Of a DNA stretch of 64,000 bases, positions 27,681-40,848 are shown piece by piece. The notes beneath the pieces were generated by a model. It had not been told where the DNA came from and made no database searches. It saw only the letters and a program-made list of their open reading frames with translations. Made by a program: the position numbers and the translations under genes. The DNA lies in assembly GCF_009914755.1 (NCBI RefSeq), contig NC_060936.1. One strand, 5' to 3'. The stretch comes from the human T2T-CHM13v2.0 reference genome, Homo sapiens. Position 1 is the first letter of the stretch. Every line of letters starts with the position of its first letter.

Positions 27681-29304
27681 TTTTCACAGTGGAAATATGT
27701 GATGCCTCTTTCTATCTCAGCTGTAGGAACTGGCACGCTATTACTTCTTGACAGAAGAAAGTCATATGTCTAAACCTAAAGTAAATGGAGTGAGGATGTA
27801 AATGGCCACCTATGCTACTGCACTGCAATGTACCATGGCAGAAGAGAGAGTAAAGAACTGAGAACAGTAATCTCATCTTAAAAATAATGTTTGCTCTAAG
27901 TTTTGGGTAGATGCCCTTTATTAAGTTAAATGTCTTATCTTCTAAGGTTGCTGAGAATTTTAATTGTGACTAGATATTGAGTTTATAAAGAATGTTTTTC
28001 TGCATCTGTTCAGTTATGTAATTTTTCTCCTTTACTCTGTTAGTGTGAATGACATTTGTACATTCTCTAATGTTAAACATTAGATATTAATGGGATACCA
28101 ACAGGATAAACTCAGTGTGGTCATAATGAACTTTCTTTTTGGCATCCTGCTAGATTTGGTTTGTTAGTACTTTGGGATCTTTCCATCTATGTTCATGAAA
28201 GAAATAGGCCTTTGGTTTTACCTTTTTTATTCTGTCTAGTTTTTACATGATTACTCACCTCACAGAAATAGTTGGGGAAAATTTCCATTTCCCTAGAAGA
28301 GTTTATATAAGATTGGAACGATATGTTTCTTGAAAGCCTTTATATTTACTTTACCTTTAAAATCATCTAGACTCAACATATTCTTTGTGGAAAGATTTCA
28401 AATTATTCATTAAATTTATTTAGTATAGAACTATCTGGAGTCTCTATACCTTTTTGAAGTTTTTTAAAGTTTTAATTATCTAGAATTTGTCTAATTTTTC
28501 TCAGTATTAAAATTCACTGGTACAAAATTATTCATTCTTCTTTCTTAACTTTGAATGGTTTTTTGTATCTGTAGATTTACCCCCTTTTCTTTCCTAATAG
28601 GTTTATTTGTGCCTTTTTATCTTGATCATTTTGACTGGAAAGTGCATCCATTTTTTTAGTGTCACCAATGATTCCATTTCTGGCTTTGTGAATTAATATT
28701 ACATATTTGTTTTCTATTTCATTCATTTCTGTCCTTTACTATTTTCTTTCTATGCCTTTTCTGGATTTATTCTATTATTTCTTATAAAATTTCTTAAGCT
28801 GGCATTTACCTCATTAGTCTTCAGCGTTTCTTCTTTTCTAATATATGCATTTAAAATTTCTAAGTTCCACTTTATGCTGCATTCATCACATTTGATATTT
28901 AGCATTTATATTTTTGTTTAACTTTAAAGGTTTTTAAGTTAGTATTATGGCATCTCCTTTAACTCATTTCTCATGACTTATTTAGAAACGTGTATTTAAA
29001 TTCATAAATATATGGGGATATATATGGGAATCTTAATTTAACTTAATTGAATTATTTTTAGAAAATATAGTGTGTATGAATATGAGTCTTTGACATGTTG
29101 AAACTTGCTTATAGTCAAGATCACTTTTTGTGACTGTTTCATGAGAATTACATGTATTCTCTAATTGTTGAATACAAAGCTCTTTGCATTATGTCAGATT
29201 AAATTTATTAATGGAACTCTTAAACTCTTCCATTGAGTGAGGTGTGTTGAAACCTAATTTTAGCAGACTTATGTTTTTTCCTATGAAATATATGTATATT
29301 ATAT

Positions 29305-29529
<225 letters not shown>

Positions 29530-30211
29530 CTAAAGTTAAATAATACCTTATCCACTTCCTTCCTAAACAATTTAAAAACTTTAGAGCATTTTACATTCAA
29601 TTACTTCTTCTATAATAAATATTGTTGTCAGTGTTTTAATTATTTTGTTAGCTTTACAAATCAGGTGTTATTATTTTATTCAGACCATTTTTAAATTTCA
29701 ATTGGTTTACATGTTTGCCATTTTATTTACTCACAATTCGTTCCTCAGAATGGCCTGAGATCATTTTCCTTCTTAAAGTTATTCTTTAGAATTTCCTTTT
29801 ATACAGGTCTCTGGTGGTCAATGCTCTAGTTTTCAACTGTGAATATCTTTCTATTTTACTCTCATTTATTTAAAATTCATAATTTTAGGTTGATAGTTAT
29901 TTTCTCTCACAGTTTGAAGAAATTATTCCACTTTTTTGTGGCTTTCATCTTTCCTTGTTAATTCTGCTATAATGATACCTGTCTTTCTTGTGGGTGATCC
30001 ATCCTTTCTCTCCACCTGGTTTGAAAATCTCTGTATTTTTCAATTTCACAATAATGTGTCTCACTATGGATTTCTGTTTATTTATCCTGCTTGGAATACA
30101 GTGTGCTTTCTGGACCTGTGAATCCATATTTTTATCAGTTTGGAAAAAAATCAGCCATTATCCATCAAAAAATGTCCTCTCCTACATTTTTTAAAAAAAT
30201 TATTTCATCCC

Positions 30212-30637
<426 letters not shown>

Positions 30638-33600
30638 TCAGTTCATCAATTTTCTCTTCATCTGTGCATAATCTGCTATTTAGCCTATTCATTTAGGATT
30701 TTAAAAGTAATCTCAAGTATTAAATTTTTCATATCTGAAAATGCCATTTATTTTTCAAATTTTCCTACTATTATAGTCACCATTTTTTACTCATTTTAAT
30801 GATAAGGCATATTATTTATTTAAATATTTTGTTTATATATAGTGGTTCTATTTCTTGTTTCCTATTTCCAGTAATAATATCTATAGTCATTGAGCGCTAA
30901 ATATGTCTGTGTTATTTTTGTTGATATCTACTTATAGTGGTTTGCTTTTCAAGGTATTTAGAAATAATTTATTATTAACTTTATTACTTGATTTTAATCT
31001 ATGGAAGCTTGTCAATCTCATCAGGGAAGGTTTTCTGCAGAGAGAAAACCTTGTGCTTCCCTGAGCTGTGTTGACTCAGCCTTCCAGCCTTCCAGCTGAG
31101 CCAGGGAACAGTGTCCCAAATAGCAACACTATTATTCCCATCTGCACTCAGAACAACAACAGCCCTCCTCTCTTCTATCAGATGTTTTTAGAGAGCAAGA
31201 GTGACTGGAGCAGGCAATGTCTCAAGAACATGTCTTATTCAGAATATATTTGTTCTGCTGCAGAAAGATCTCTCAGAGTACCTAGACTGACATAATACTT
31301 TGAAGCATAATATTTTTATTTAAAAATGTACATTTGTGACAATTTCACTTCAAAAAAACCACAGTTTATTAGGAATCAAAAGTTTTTAACGTGACTCTTT
31401 AAATGATTTGTACCCTACTACATAGGTAGGGTTAATAATAAATTGCCTTGCTCTGCATGTTTTTGTCTTGTAATGTATGATGTAATATATAATCAATAAA
31501 TTATCCTGAGAATTGTATAAACGAAGAACAAGCTTATTTTAATTAATTATGGCCTCAAATAAAGCAAATCCTTTTAAAATAAGATCCCCCTAAAAAGTAT
31601 ATTTATAAAGAACACAAAAGAAACTAAGGGAGGTTTGGTATTTTGAAAGAATTCCAAGTAGTCTATGATCTTCATTTAAAAAAAAAAGCATGCAAAATAA
31701 TCATAGAGTGTGTTTTGTACATAAATCCTGGATCAACTTGATTTGACTAAAGATAGCAAGGAGCTAAACTTTAATAATATATACTGTCAACTTGTCTCAA
31801 CAAGCTTTTAAAGGAGTGCTGGGTTTTAGAAATATTAGGGAGAAATATTATCCACTTGTTTTTTTTTTTTTTTTTTTACTTATAATGTAAACTTATGTGA
31901 TGAGCTAGTACATTCATTTTTTTCCAAATATTGAGAAAATATTTTCCAGTTCACTTTCCAGGTCACCTTCACATTGAGATAGAAGTGTGAGTCAAACAAG
32001 TAACAATGAGCCACAGAGGAAACTATGTAGAACTGACATTCCCTTAATTCCCCAATGTAAAAAAATCAATTATAGTTTCCAAACATACAAGAAATTAATT
32101 TAAGCAAACTCCAATTTTCTGGAAAGGAATTTATTTCAAAAATTACAAAGACCAAGATTCCATACTAGGTAAGGGGAACCACCAATAGATATTGTGTGCC
32201 TTCTATGTCCAAGGTCATTCTATCTCATTTAATCCTCACAAAAGTCTCTGAAGTAGGTATTATGGCATTTGCACTGATGAAGAATTAGATAGCTAGTGAA
32301 CAGAGGAGCCCGTATGAGATATAAATCTGGCTAATGCAAAGCCGGCTTTTTTCCGATACATCACGACGCTTTGTGTCGGATTACCCTAGAACCTCCTATG
32401 GCATCAGTACAATGCACCATCCACTGGAGTGTCCTATCCAAGTAGCACTGGAGCTTGAAAACCACCCAGTGGGCCTCTTTCCAGGTATCAGTAGTGATCT
32501 TTGGGTATTTATTCTGATTGCACAATTAGCCCAAAGATTGCTGGTATGTTTAGATGCTGAATGGTGTTAGATAGAGCATGTAATAAAATTCCCTCTTCTA
32601 AGCAACTTAAGACCGGCAGCTGCCTTTCTGAAAAGCCACCCAGGTAAGCTCTGTTGTTTCCTGGTCTATTAGCCCTACACTCTGCCAAACTCAGCATTTA
32701 CTGCGGAAGCCAGAGAATGCTGACATTCTGACAGCTCTTGGACAGCAGACCATGCTGTTTGACTCTGATTTCAAACATTTATAATCTTTTCTCTTGTTCC
32801 CTTTGCTCAATACAGGAGAGAGGCTATCAGCCAATTTCCCCACCGTTTATAGCAAATCCCAAGGCTCCCTCATTTCCAGCTGCTAAACTGCCTGGGCAGA
32901 CTGTATTACTAAATTATTGTATCTTTTTGGTAGAGTGCCTGATCTGTCTTGGCATGCGCTTTGCATTGAAAGAAGCTCCTGTTGCAAGCAAAGGAAGCCA
33001 GCGACATTCACCCTTCCCACACGTCTTTCCTGTTACCCTCAACCACTAACTTCTTTGTTTCCCATGTATAAGCCAAGTTCACAGGGGCAGTTTCTCAGCT
33101 ATCTCTGCCTCCCTAGGGAGTTAAGGATTTCAAAGAGAGTTCTGTGCTAGGAGTATTTCCCATAGCCTAGAGCCAGATGAATAAATGGCGTCTAGTGAAT
33201 AACTACATCAGAACCAAGAGGTTTTGTTTCTCTCTTACCAAAATGTATTTCTTTGTAATACCACAGTCACTGTAACCATGTATTTTCCTCATCAGAAGAG
33301 ACTGTATTGGGGGAAGAGAGGAAATAGCCTCTTTAACTCAAGTCGGTTGTTTTCAAGAGTGTTGGTCCTTTGGTTTAACTTATTTTAATAACTTCCCATT
33401 TATATACTATCCCAATGGATTATGAATGTGAAAAAAGAACTATTCTGAAGAAATAAAACAAAAAAAGATCTACGATCTTTAAATAAAAAAGAAAGTGATT
33501 TTGTAATACAAAAGGGACAGAAACTATTTTTAATTACTCTAAAATGAATAACCACTCCGATTCAATTTTCAAAAGTTATACCTTGAATTTGAATTCAAAG

Positions 33601-33847
33601 TCACCCAAATGTCCTCAGTAAAAGCTCTGAGAATGCAGTGCATTCAAATGTATCCTGTGAGTTTTCTATTCCTGTAAGCAATGAACAGCCTAGATTTTTC
33701 TCATACGTATCTCAAGAGATACTTCATTTCAAAAGAGCAGGAGAGTTATCAAAAGTGTAATACTATTAACAAGATACACCATAGAAAATATACAGAAACG
33801 TTAAAGATAAATTATATCTAGGGAGTATGTTTTAAATCAACTTTGCT

Positions 33848-33920
33848 GTTGCTATGGTAAGAGATATCCAATGTAAAACAAAAATCCTCTATAAGGCTTT
33901 GGTGCTATAGCCATGGCAAC
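33848..33920. promoter_or_regulatory. Candidate paired RFX X-box sites
   Basis: GTTGCTATGGTAAG (33848-33861) and ATAGCCATGGCAAC (33907-33920) versus the X-box palindrome GTTGCCATGGCAAC, in sequence not recognised as a repeat. Motif match only. Confidence 0.4.
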
Positions 33921-34344
33921 AATGATGTTCAACTCTGCGAGTGTTTCCATCTGATTCAGAGAGAAGAAAAAAATATGCTTTAAATGTATGTAAAATGGCT
34001 TAGAAAATCGATCATTTATGGTTATCTTTCACATGACCCTTCAACCAATTAAAGAAGACATTGTAAAGATAGCAGCCAGAGAGCCTAAACAAAAGGCTCA
34101 TAGATTTGCTTGGGTTTTTCATGATCACAGAAGCTGGAAAGATCCACTTTAGCTGAGGTGTTGGTAAATGACATATTCATTTAGCAACTATCTCACAGAA
34201 ATTTTCAGGTTGGGGCCTCATGTAATTTTCCATGCATAGGAAAAAACTAAATGCAATCAAATGACAATTTCTACCTCTTTAACACAGGAAGAGAAATATT
34301 AACCTAAAGTAAGAAAATATGGAAAGTGGTGTTCTAGCTCTGCA

Positions 34345-35622
34345 AAAGAAAAGTCTCTTAAATGCTAGTCTCTTAAATCTACTCCAAATAGGCTTTTATT
34401 CCACCTACCTCCACCGAATAGCCCTTAACAATATCAGCAAAATCTCTACCTTCCTGAAATGAACATTCATAACTCTCATCTTACTTGACCTACCAGCTAT
34501 ACAATTGATACAGATTATCACCTCTTGGATGAAACACTTTCATTAACTCCCAAGGTACCACACTCTTCTGGTTTTCATCCTACCTCCTAGGCTGTTCCTT
34601 CTCATTCTCTGCTCATTCCTTCTGTTTCCAAATGTGGAAGCATTCAAGTGCTCCAGGGCTTGGCATACTGGGACCTCTTTCCTGTTTACATTTTCTGTTT
34701 ACATTAATTCCTTTGCTGGCCCCAGGGTTTAACATATTACTGAAACAACTGCAACACCCAAGTTTCTGTTTTCAACCTGACTTCTCCCCCACACTCCAGA
34801 CTTGTATATCCTACTGTCTTAGTTATCCTTATGCCTCCTTTTCTCTCACACCCCACAGCCAATCACACAGCGAATCCTGGTGGCTCTACCTTTAAAATAT
34901 AACTGCAACCTGCCTATGCCTCACTTGTCCTTTTCTCCCTGGATTATTGTAGCAGCCTCCTAACCATCTCCTAGCTTTCATTTTTGCACCTCACAGGCAA
35001 TTCTCAACATAGAAGTCAGAGTTATCTTAGTAAAACTAAGGCAAATCATGTCACTCCTCTGCTCAAAACTCTTCAATGGCACCTTGATCCACTCTGAGTA
35101 AAAGCCAGGATCCTTACAATAACCTGTGAGGCCATACGTGATCTCAGACCTGTGGATACTCTGCCCCAATTCTCTTAAATAACATAAGCTCCTACTACAC
35201 TCCTTTTCCCTTAACTGACATCCAGCTATATTGCCTCTTGCTGTTACTCCAATGCATTAGGCATTCTTCTGGGTCATGACCTTTGTACTTGTTTTTTCTG
35301 CCTGGGATTTTCTTCCCTTAGGAAGTAGCCCCTCCTCCAACACCTTCTTCAAATATCTATTCCTAACGAAACCTTACTTCATAATTTTTTCAATAAGGCC
35401 TCCATGGATCACACCATTTTAAATGGCAACCACTAATTCTTATTCCCTTCCCTGCTTTATAGTTTCTCCACGACACCTATAAATATAAATATATATATAT
35501 TTTACTTACTTATGCTATCTTAGGAGGAGAGACATTTTTGTCCCTATCATTTCATTGCTATATCCAGAAATTAGAACAAAGGCTGGAACATAGTGGATAA
35601 TCAATAAACATTCTTTGACTGA
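34345..35622 (+). mobile_element. L2 LINE (L2a-like) 3' portion
   Basis: 'ctcatcttacttgacct', 'catgtcactcctctgctcaaaac', 3' end 'catagtggataatcaataaacattc'. Confidence 0.75.
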
Positions 35623-36224
35623 TGGGGTGAAATAAATATACAGATATTTGCATGTGAAGAAAAATTCAAGAGTGATATCAACATAGCTAAATGTTAACAG
35701 TGATTAACAATAAGTGACTTTAAAATAAAATAACCTTTTATTCTGTTTATAAAATAATATCTGTTCATTCTAGTTATTAGTAAAAGTAAAGAGAGAAGAA
35801 AGACACTCATAATTCCAACACCTAACAAAAGTTACTATTAACATTTTTATATTTTTTCTTTTGTTTTTTATGGACATTATTTTCCCCCAATGAAAATAAG
35901 ATCACTCTGTTTATGTAATTAAAAAAAATTTAAATCTCACCTAAAAAATTGAGACATGTTTATTTTATTTGTCTAAAAATTTATTGTCTAAAAAATTGAG
36001 ACATGTTTATACGTATCATATCAATCCTTGAAATATTCAAATAACTGATACATTTGATTTTGTTTCTCTCTTTTTATAAAGTACATTTGGTCTTTTATAG
36101 TGACTAGGGGAATGTGTGTGTGTGTGTGAGTTTTTGTTAGTCATTACTTTTATGTTACCGAAATCATCTTCGGACCTGTTTTCTCTGTTTTCATCAGTAA
36201 ATTTTTGTTTCTCTCTTTATAAGT

Positions 36225-36460
36225 TAATAGCTAATATTACTGAGTGCTTATAGGTGTTAAGTACTTCAGATGCATTATCTGATTTCATTCCCACACAATG
36301 TTCCCTCACATAATACCCCATAATACTCTGGGGTATTATGGTATTCCCATTTCGTAGGTGAGGAGTTGAATGCTTAGATGTTAAGTAACCAATCAGGGTT
36401 ACAGGGTTACTAAGTAGTGGAGAAGCACATGAACAAGGTACCCATGCTCCTTACTGTTAA
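36225..36460. mobile_element. MIR SINE with an internal palindromic insertion
   Basis: 'aatagctaatattactgagtgcttat', 'cccatttcgtaggtgagg', 'gttaagtaacc'. Confidence 0.6.
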
Positions 36461-36825
36461 ATCATTTGCAGTTCTAAAATGAGGGAATTAGCAGACTTGT
36501 TATCTCTGTTCCCCTGACTCCCCACTCATGCCCACGCCCTGTTTTCCAATTTATATTAAAATAGTCTGGGTTGTAAAGTGCTGATACTATATTACTATAT
36601 ATTTTATACCTTCTCTTTTCAATTTCTTTTAGATTTATAGTGTTACAACAATATTGAGAACAATTAGTTGGAAACATTTTATGTCTTACAAGCTTTATTT
36701 TACATTCTAGAATCCTTTATGCTACTATTTCCCTTGCCCATTCTTGAGAATTTATTTATCACTTGATCAACTGAAGTATATCTTTGAGCAATTACTTCAA
36801 AGAGATAGGTTGTTTTCTAAATTAC

Positions 36826-37170
36826 TGATATGGTTTGGCTCTGTGTCCCTACCCAAATCTTATCTCGAATTGTAATCCCCACTTGATTGGATCATGGGGG
36901 TGGTTTCCCCCATGCTGTTCTCATGACAGTGAGTGAGTTCTCATGAGATATGACGGTTTTATAAGTGCTTGACAGTTCCTCCTACACACACACTCACTCT
37001 CTCTTGCCTGCCGCCATGAAAGACATGCTTGCTTCCCCTTCTGTTATGGTGATTAAGTTTCCTGAGGCCTCCCTAGTCACGTGAAACGTGAGTCAACTAA
37101 ACCTCTTTTCTTTATAAGTTACCCAGTCTTGGGTAGTATCTTTATATCAGTGTGAGAATGGACTAATACA
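36826..37170 (+). mobile_element. THE1D-like MaLR solo LTR
   Basis: tgatatggtttggctctgtgtcc...ggactaataca; perfect 5-bp TSD ATTAC at 36821-36825 and 37171-37175. Confidence 0.92.
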
Positions 37171-38200
37171 ATTACATATCTGAAAATGACTTACTATGGT
37201 CTTGCACACCTTGGCTGGGCATACAATTCTTGAATCTCAAGTTCAAATCCATTGCCCTAAAAATTCTATATACAATTCCCCATTGTCTTCTGTAAGTAAT
37301 CTGTTTTATTACCTTAATATCTATCTAGATTCTTATATGACTTTTTCCTTATCCTTGAAATTATAAAAATTTAAAATTTCCTTCTAAAATTATTTATTTC
37401 AGAAATTTTGCTAAATTCAGTAAATCTGTAATTTATTATTCTAGGCATTCTTTAGCTCATAAACAAACAATGAGAGTTTTCTTTTATTGATGCTTTACTT
37501 CACTGCTACACTTTTCGTTCTAAAATTCCTATCATATGCATATTGGATCTCATGGATCTTTCCCCTGTGTTTTATCTTTTCTCTTGTAATTTTTATTTAT
37601 ACATTTCTTCTGTCTATTAAATGTCTTAATATTCTACTTTACTGACTTGGGTTTCTCATGATCCAGTGTATTTTTTGCCTTCTTTACAGTTTTGAATTTG
37701 ATATGAATATTATTCAACCACATGAAGCGTTTATGATCTTACAGTTTTAACCCTTCATGACTGCTTAGTCTGGTTTCATGCAGCGTTAGTCTACTGAATA
37801 TCATTGAGATCCATTTGACGTTAGCATTTTGGAAAATGCTCTTTTCTTAAGAAAAATTTTACGTCAAAGGATGCCACTGTTTTCATTCCTCAAAACGAGC
37901 CTTCTCTTTTGAGGTATCATTTAATGTCTCCAGCTCTTTCTCTATTTGCTCACTGTTGCAAAGGGTGGTCTTAGCTTGTCTCTTTTGGGGACCTGGGATG
38001 AGTTCTGTCAGGGACTTAGGAAATTCTCCTTTTCACCTTTAGGATTCAAAAGAGAGAAGAAAGGAAAAGCTTAGGTTAACTGCCAGTTCTGCCATATTGC
38101 ACAACTCTAGGGTCCTTCATTCACATAGTACAAATGTGCCTCCTGCAATTGTGGCTGGTGTTGGCCATGTTCACCGCAGTTTTACTTCATTGGCCTAGTG

Positions 38201-38412
38201 TAGGGCTGTTCAGTAGAATTTTCTATGATGAGGGAAATGTTCTATATCTGTGCTGGCCAATATGGTAACCACTAACCACACATGATTACTGTGCACTTGA
38301 CATGTAGCTGGTCCAAATCAATAATTTAATTTTAAATTCATTTAATTTTATTAACTTAAATTTTACTTTAAATAGTCACATGTAGTAGTGGCTACTGTAA
38401 AGGACAGTACAG
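38201..38412. mobile_element. MER3 hAT MITE
   Basis: 'agaattttctatgatgagggaaatgttctatatctgtgctggccaatatggtaaccact...aaatagtcacatgt'. Confidence 0.8.
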
Positions 38413-38420
38413 GTCTATAG

Positions 38421-38775
38421 CAGTGGTTCTCATAGTGTGGACCCCAGAACAGCAGCATTAGCATCTCCTGAACACTTATTAGAAATGAAAATTCTTAGGC
38501 CTTGCTCTAGAATATCTGGGGGTGGGCCCCAGAAACCTATACTTTTACAAACTGTCCACTTGATTCTCACTAGAAATGCATATTCTCAGGCCTCACTTTA
38601 GAATATCTGGGGATGGGCCCAGCAATCTATATTTTTACAAACTCTCCACTTGATTCTTACCATTAATGCACATTCTTAGGCCCTGCTCTAGAACATCTTG
38701 GGGTGGGCCCAGCAATCTCTGTTTTAGCAGATCCTCCATGTGATTCTGATGCACATTAAGAGATGAGAACCACTG
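38421..38775. mobile_element. MER5A hAT MITE with internal ~90-bp triplication
   Basis: Perfect 11-bp terminal inverted repeats cagtggttctc / gagaaccactg; three tandem internal units. Confidence 0.88.
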
Positions 38776-39379
38776 CTCTACTGATCACGAGTTAGGAGAG
38801 GATCAGAACTAACAGCAGTCACAAAAGGGACTTTTTTCTCTATTCCAGTGTTTCTTTTCTATATTTGAGGTGAGCTGCTAGGAGTTAACTGGGGCAGTGT
38901 CCTCATTCTTCGCTTCTCACAGTTGTCCTCATTAAGAACCAACTGTGACAATGTTCCCCTCAGTGTAAGTGAAGAGTAAGCAAGTCATGATCCTTGCTTT
39001 CCAGTGGGACTGGCAGGATCCAATGGTACCTCCTCACTGCCCCCATGTATTTCTTTACTTCGTGCTTTAACCTTCTAAAGTCTTCTCCAGTTACTACCAT
39101 GGAGAGTTCTTCACATACGGGGAATTATATATCTTCAGTCCAGTTCAGTCTTCAATCCAGTTCACTTTGCCTTCTATCTTGCAAGAACTCTTGAAATAAT
39201 CAGCATGTAGATGTCACCCATTATTAACTTCCCATACTAATACAGATATTTTTCTTCCTTACTTTTATATCTGTTGGTCATTTCCAAGGTAATACAGAAA
39301 GGAGTGAACTAGAAAAATGCTTTCAGTCTTCTGCTTTTCCAAGAAATCTTCCATCTTTCTCTTAATGCCTTACCTTATA

Positions 39380-39800
39380 TGAAATATTAAAAGTTTTTCA
39401 TATAATTCTATAGTGTTTTATATGTATCATTTCATCTAATTACCAAAACATTCCAGTGACATAGGTTTTATTACTGTCATTTTCCAGACAAGGAGACTGA
39501 GGCTTACATGGTTTAAGTGAGCTATATAAGAGGAATGGGTAGAGCATCTGCTTTGTAAGGGTCTCTGGTATGCAGAAAATGATGGCTAACATTTATTGGA
39601 TCTTTATTACGGACCAAGCATTGTGATAAGTGTTTTTTATCCATTATCTTATTTAAGGCTTATAAAAATTTCCATTTTACAGATAATGAGCAACACTAGA
39701 AAGGTTAAATAACTTGTCTAATTACACAACTGGTTAGTAAAACTGCCCATTTCCATGCCCTGGTTTGTCTGACTCTAGAGGTTGTGCTCTTACCGGCTAT
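39380..39800. mobile_element. Two adjacent MIR fragments
   Basis: 'cattttccagacaaggagactgaggct' and 'ccattttacagataatgag...aggttaaataacttgtc'. Confidence 0.55.
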
Positions 39801-40808
39801 GCTGTATTGGTTTCTTGGCCTGGAAAGTAATCAAATGGCATGGGCAGAGTAAAGAGTATAACATTTCGGAGGGTGTCCTTACATCTCATCATTTATCACA
39901 CAGTGGGTTATTTAATTTATTTTCCATACCACTACCAAGTCTACAGTCACGGGTTTAAGGGTTAATAGAAACCCATTAATCTCTGGTAATTTTAATATTT
40001 TGCTTATTTTTTCTTATTCTGAATGGAATCCCTAAAACCATATGAGTCCTAACTTTTATCTCCATTCATTCTAAATATTTACTGCACAACTACTGCATGC
40101 CAGACACTAAGTGAGGTGCTGTGTTCTTGATGTTTGCTAGGTAGCTGAGCAATAGTCCCTGTCAAAACGTTTGGTGAATTGCCTGGTTTACTGTTAAACT
40201 CTCCTCCCAGTCTGCCTTTGTTATGAATATGATTATGGATTCACTGAAAACTTCACTTGAACTTTAAGTATCATAAGAGTATTTGGAACAAATAGGCACC
40301 TTGATTGCAACTCCAAGGAGTTCTGTGGCTTCCTTGCTGCAAATTTAAAAGAGAGAACTCCATCTCCAAATCAGTGACATTCAGACATGTGCATCACTAT
40401 AAAGGACAAGGGTCAACTCACCATCCAGACTAGTTTGACAGGAACAATTCAGAGATGAAAGAGCTGCTTTCAATTGCTCAAGCAATGAATTTTCCATACA
40501 ATGCACCTTTCCAGAGTCATGATCAAAGGAATCCTTGCTGAAGCCTGACTCACAACACAGGGAAATAATTTTATGCCTAATTTTTTTTCTCTCCTGACTC
40601 TCTCTCTCTCTCTCTTGCTACAGATATGTCAGTACTAATTTAGTTCCTCTTATAAAATAGAATTAAAATATCTTACATTTTTGGAGCCTGTTATTGTTTA
40701 TAAAATATATACATTTCCAAGGTGTAATTAAATATAATAGGATAATCTGTGAGGCAGGTACTATTTCCCCCAGTTTGCCAATAAGAAAATAAAGATTATT
40801 TGGCTGTA

Positions 40809-40848
40809 CATTCATTCATTCATTCATTCATTCATTCATTCATTCATT
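40809..40848. repeat. (CATT)10 microsatellite, expanded tail of a minus-strand L2 (to about 41250)
   Basis: Ten perfect CATT units followed by L2 antisense 3' sequence. Confidence 0.85.

Noticed and set aside
32334-33150. Cluster of short ORFs in unique sequence
   Set aside because: No recognisable protein similarity or convincing exon structure.
38478-38748. CRISPR-like repeat array
   Set aside because: Whole units are repeated with no unique spacers; it is MER5A-derived in a primate genome.
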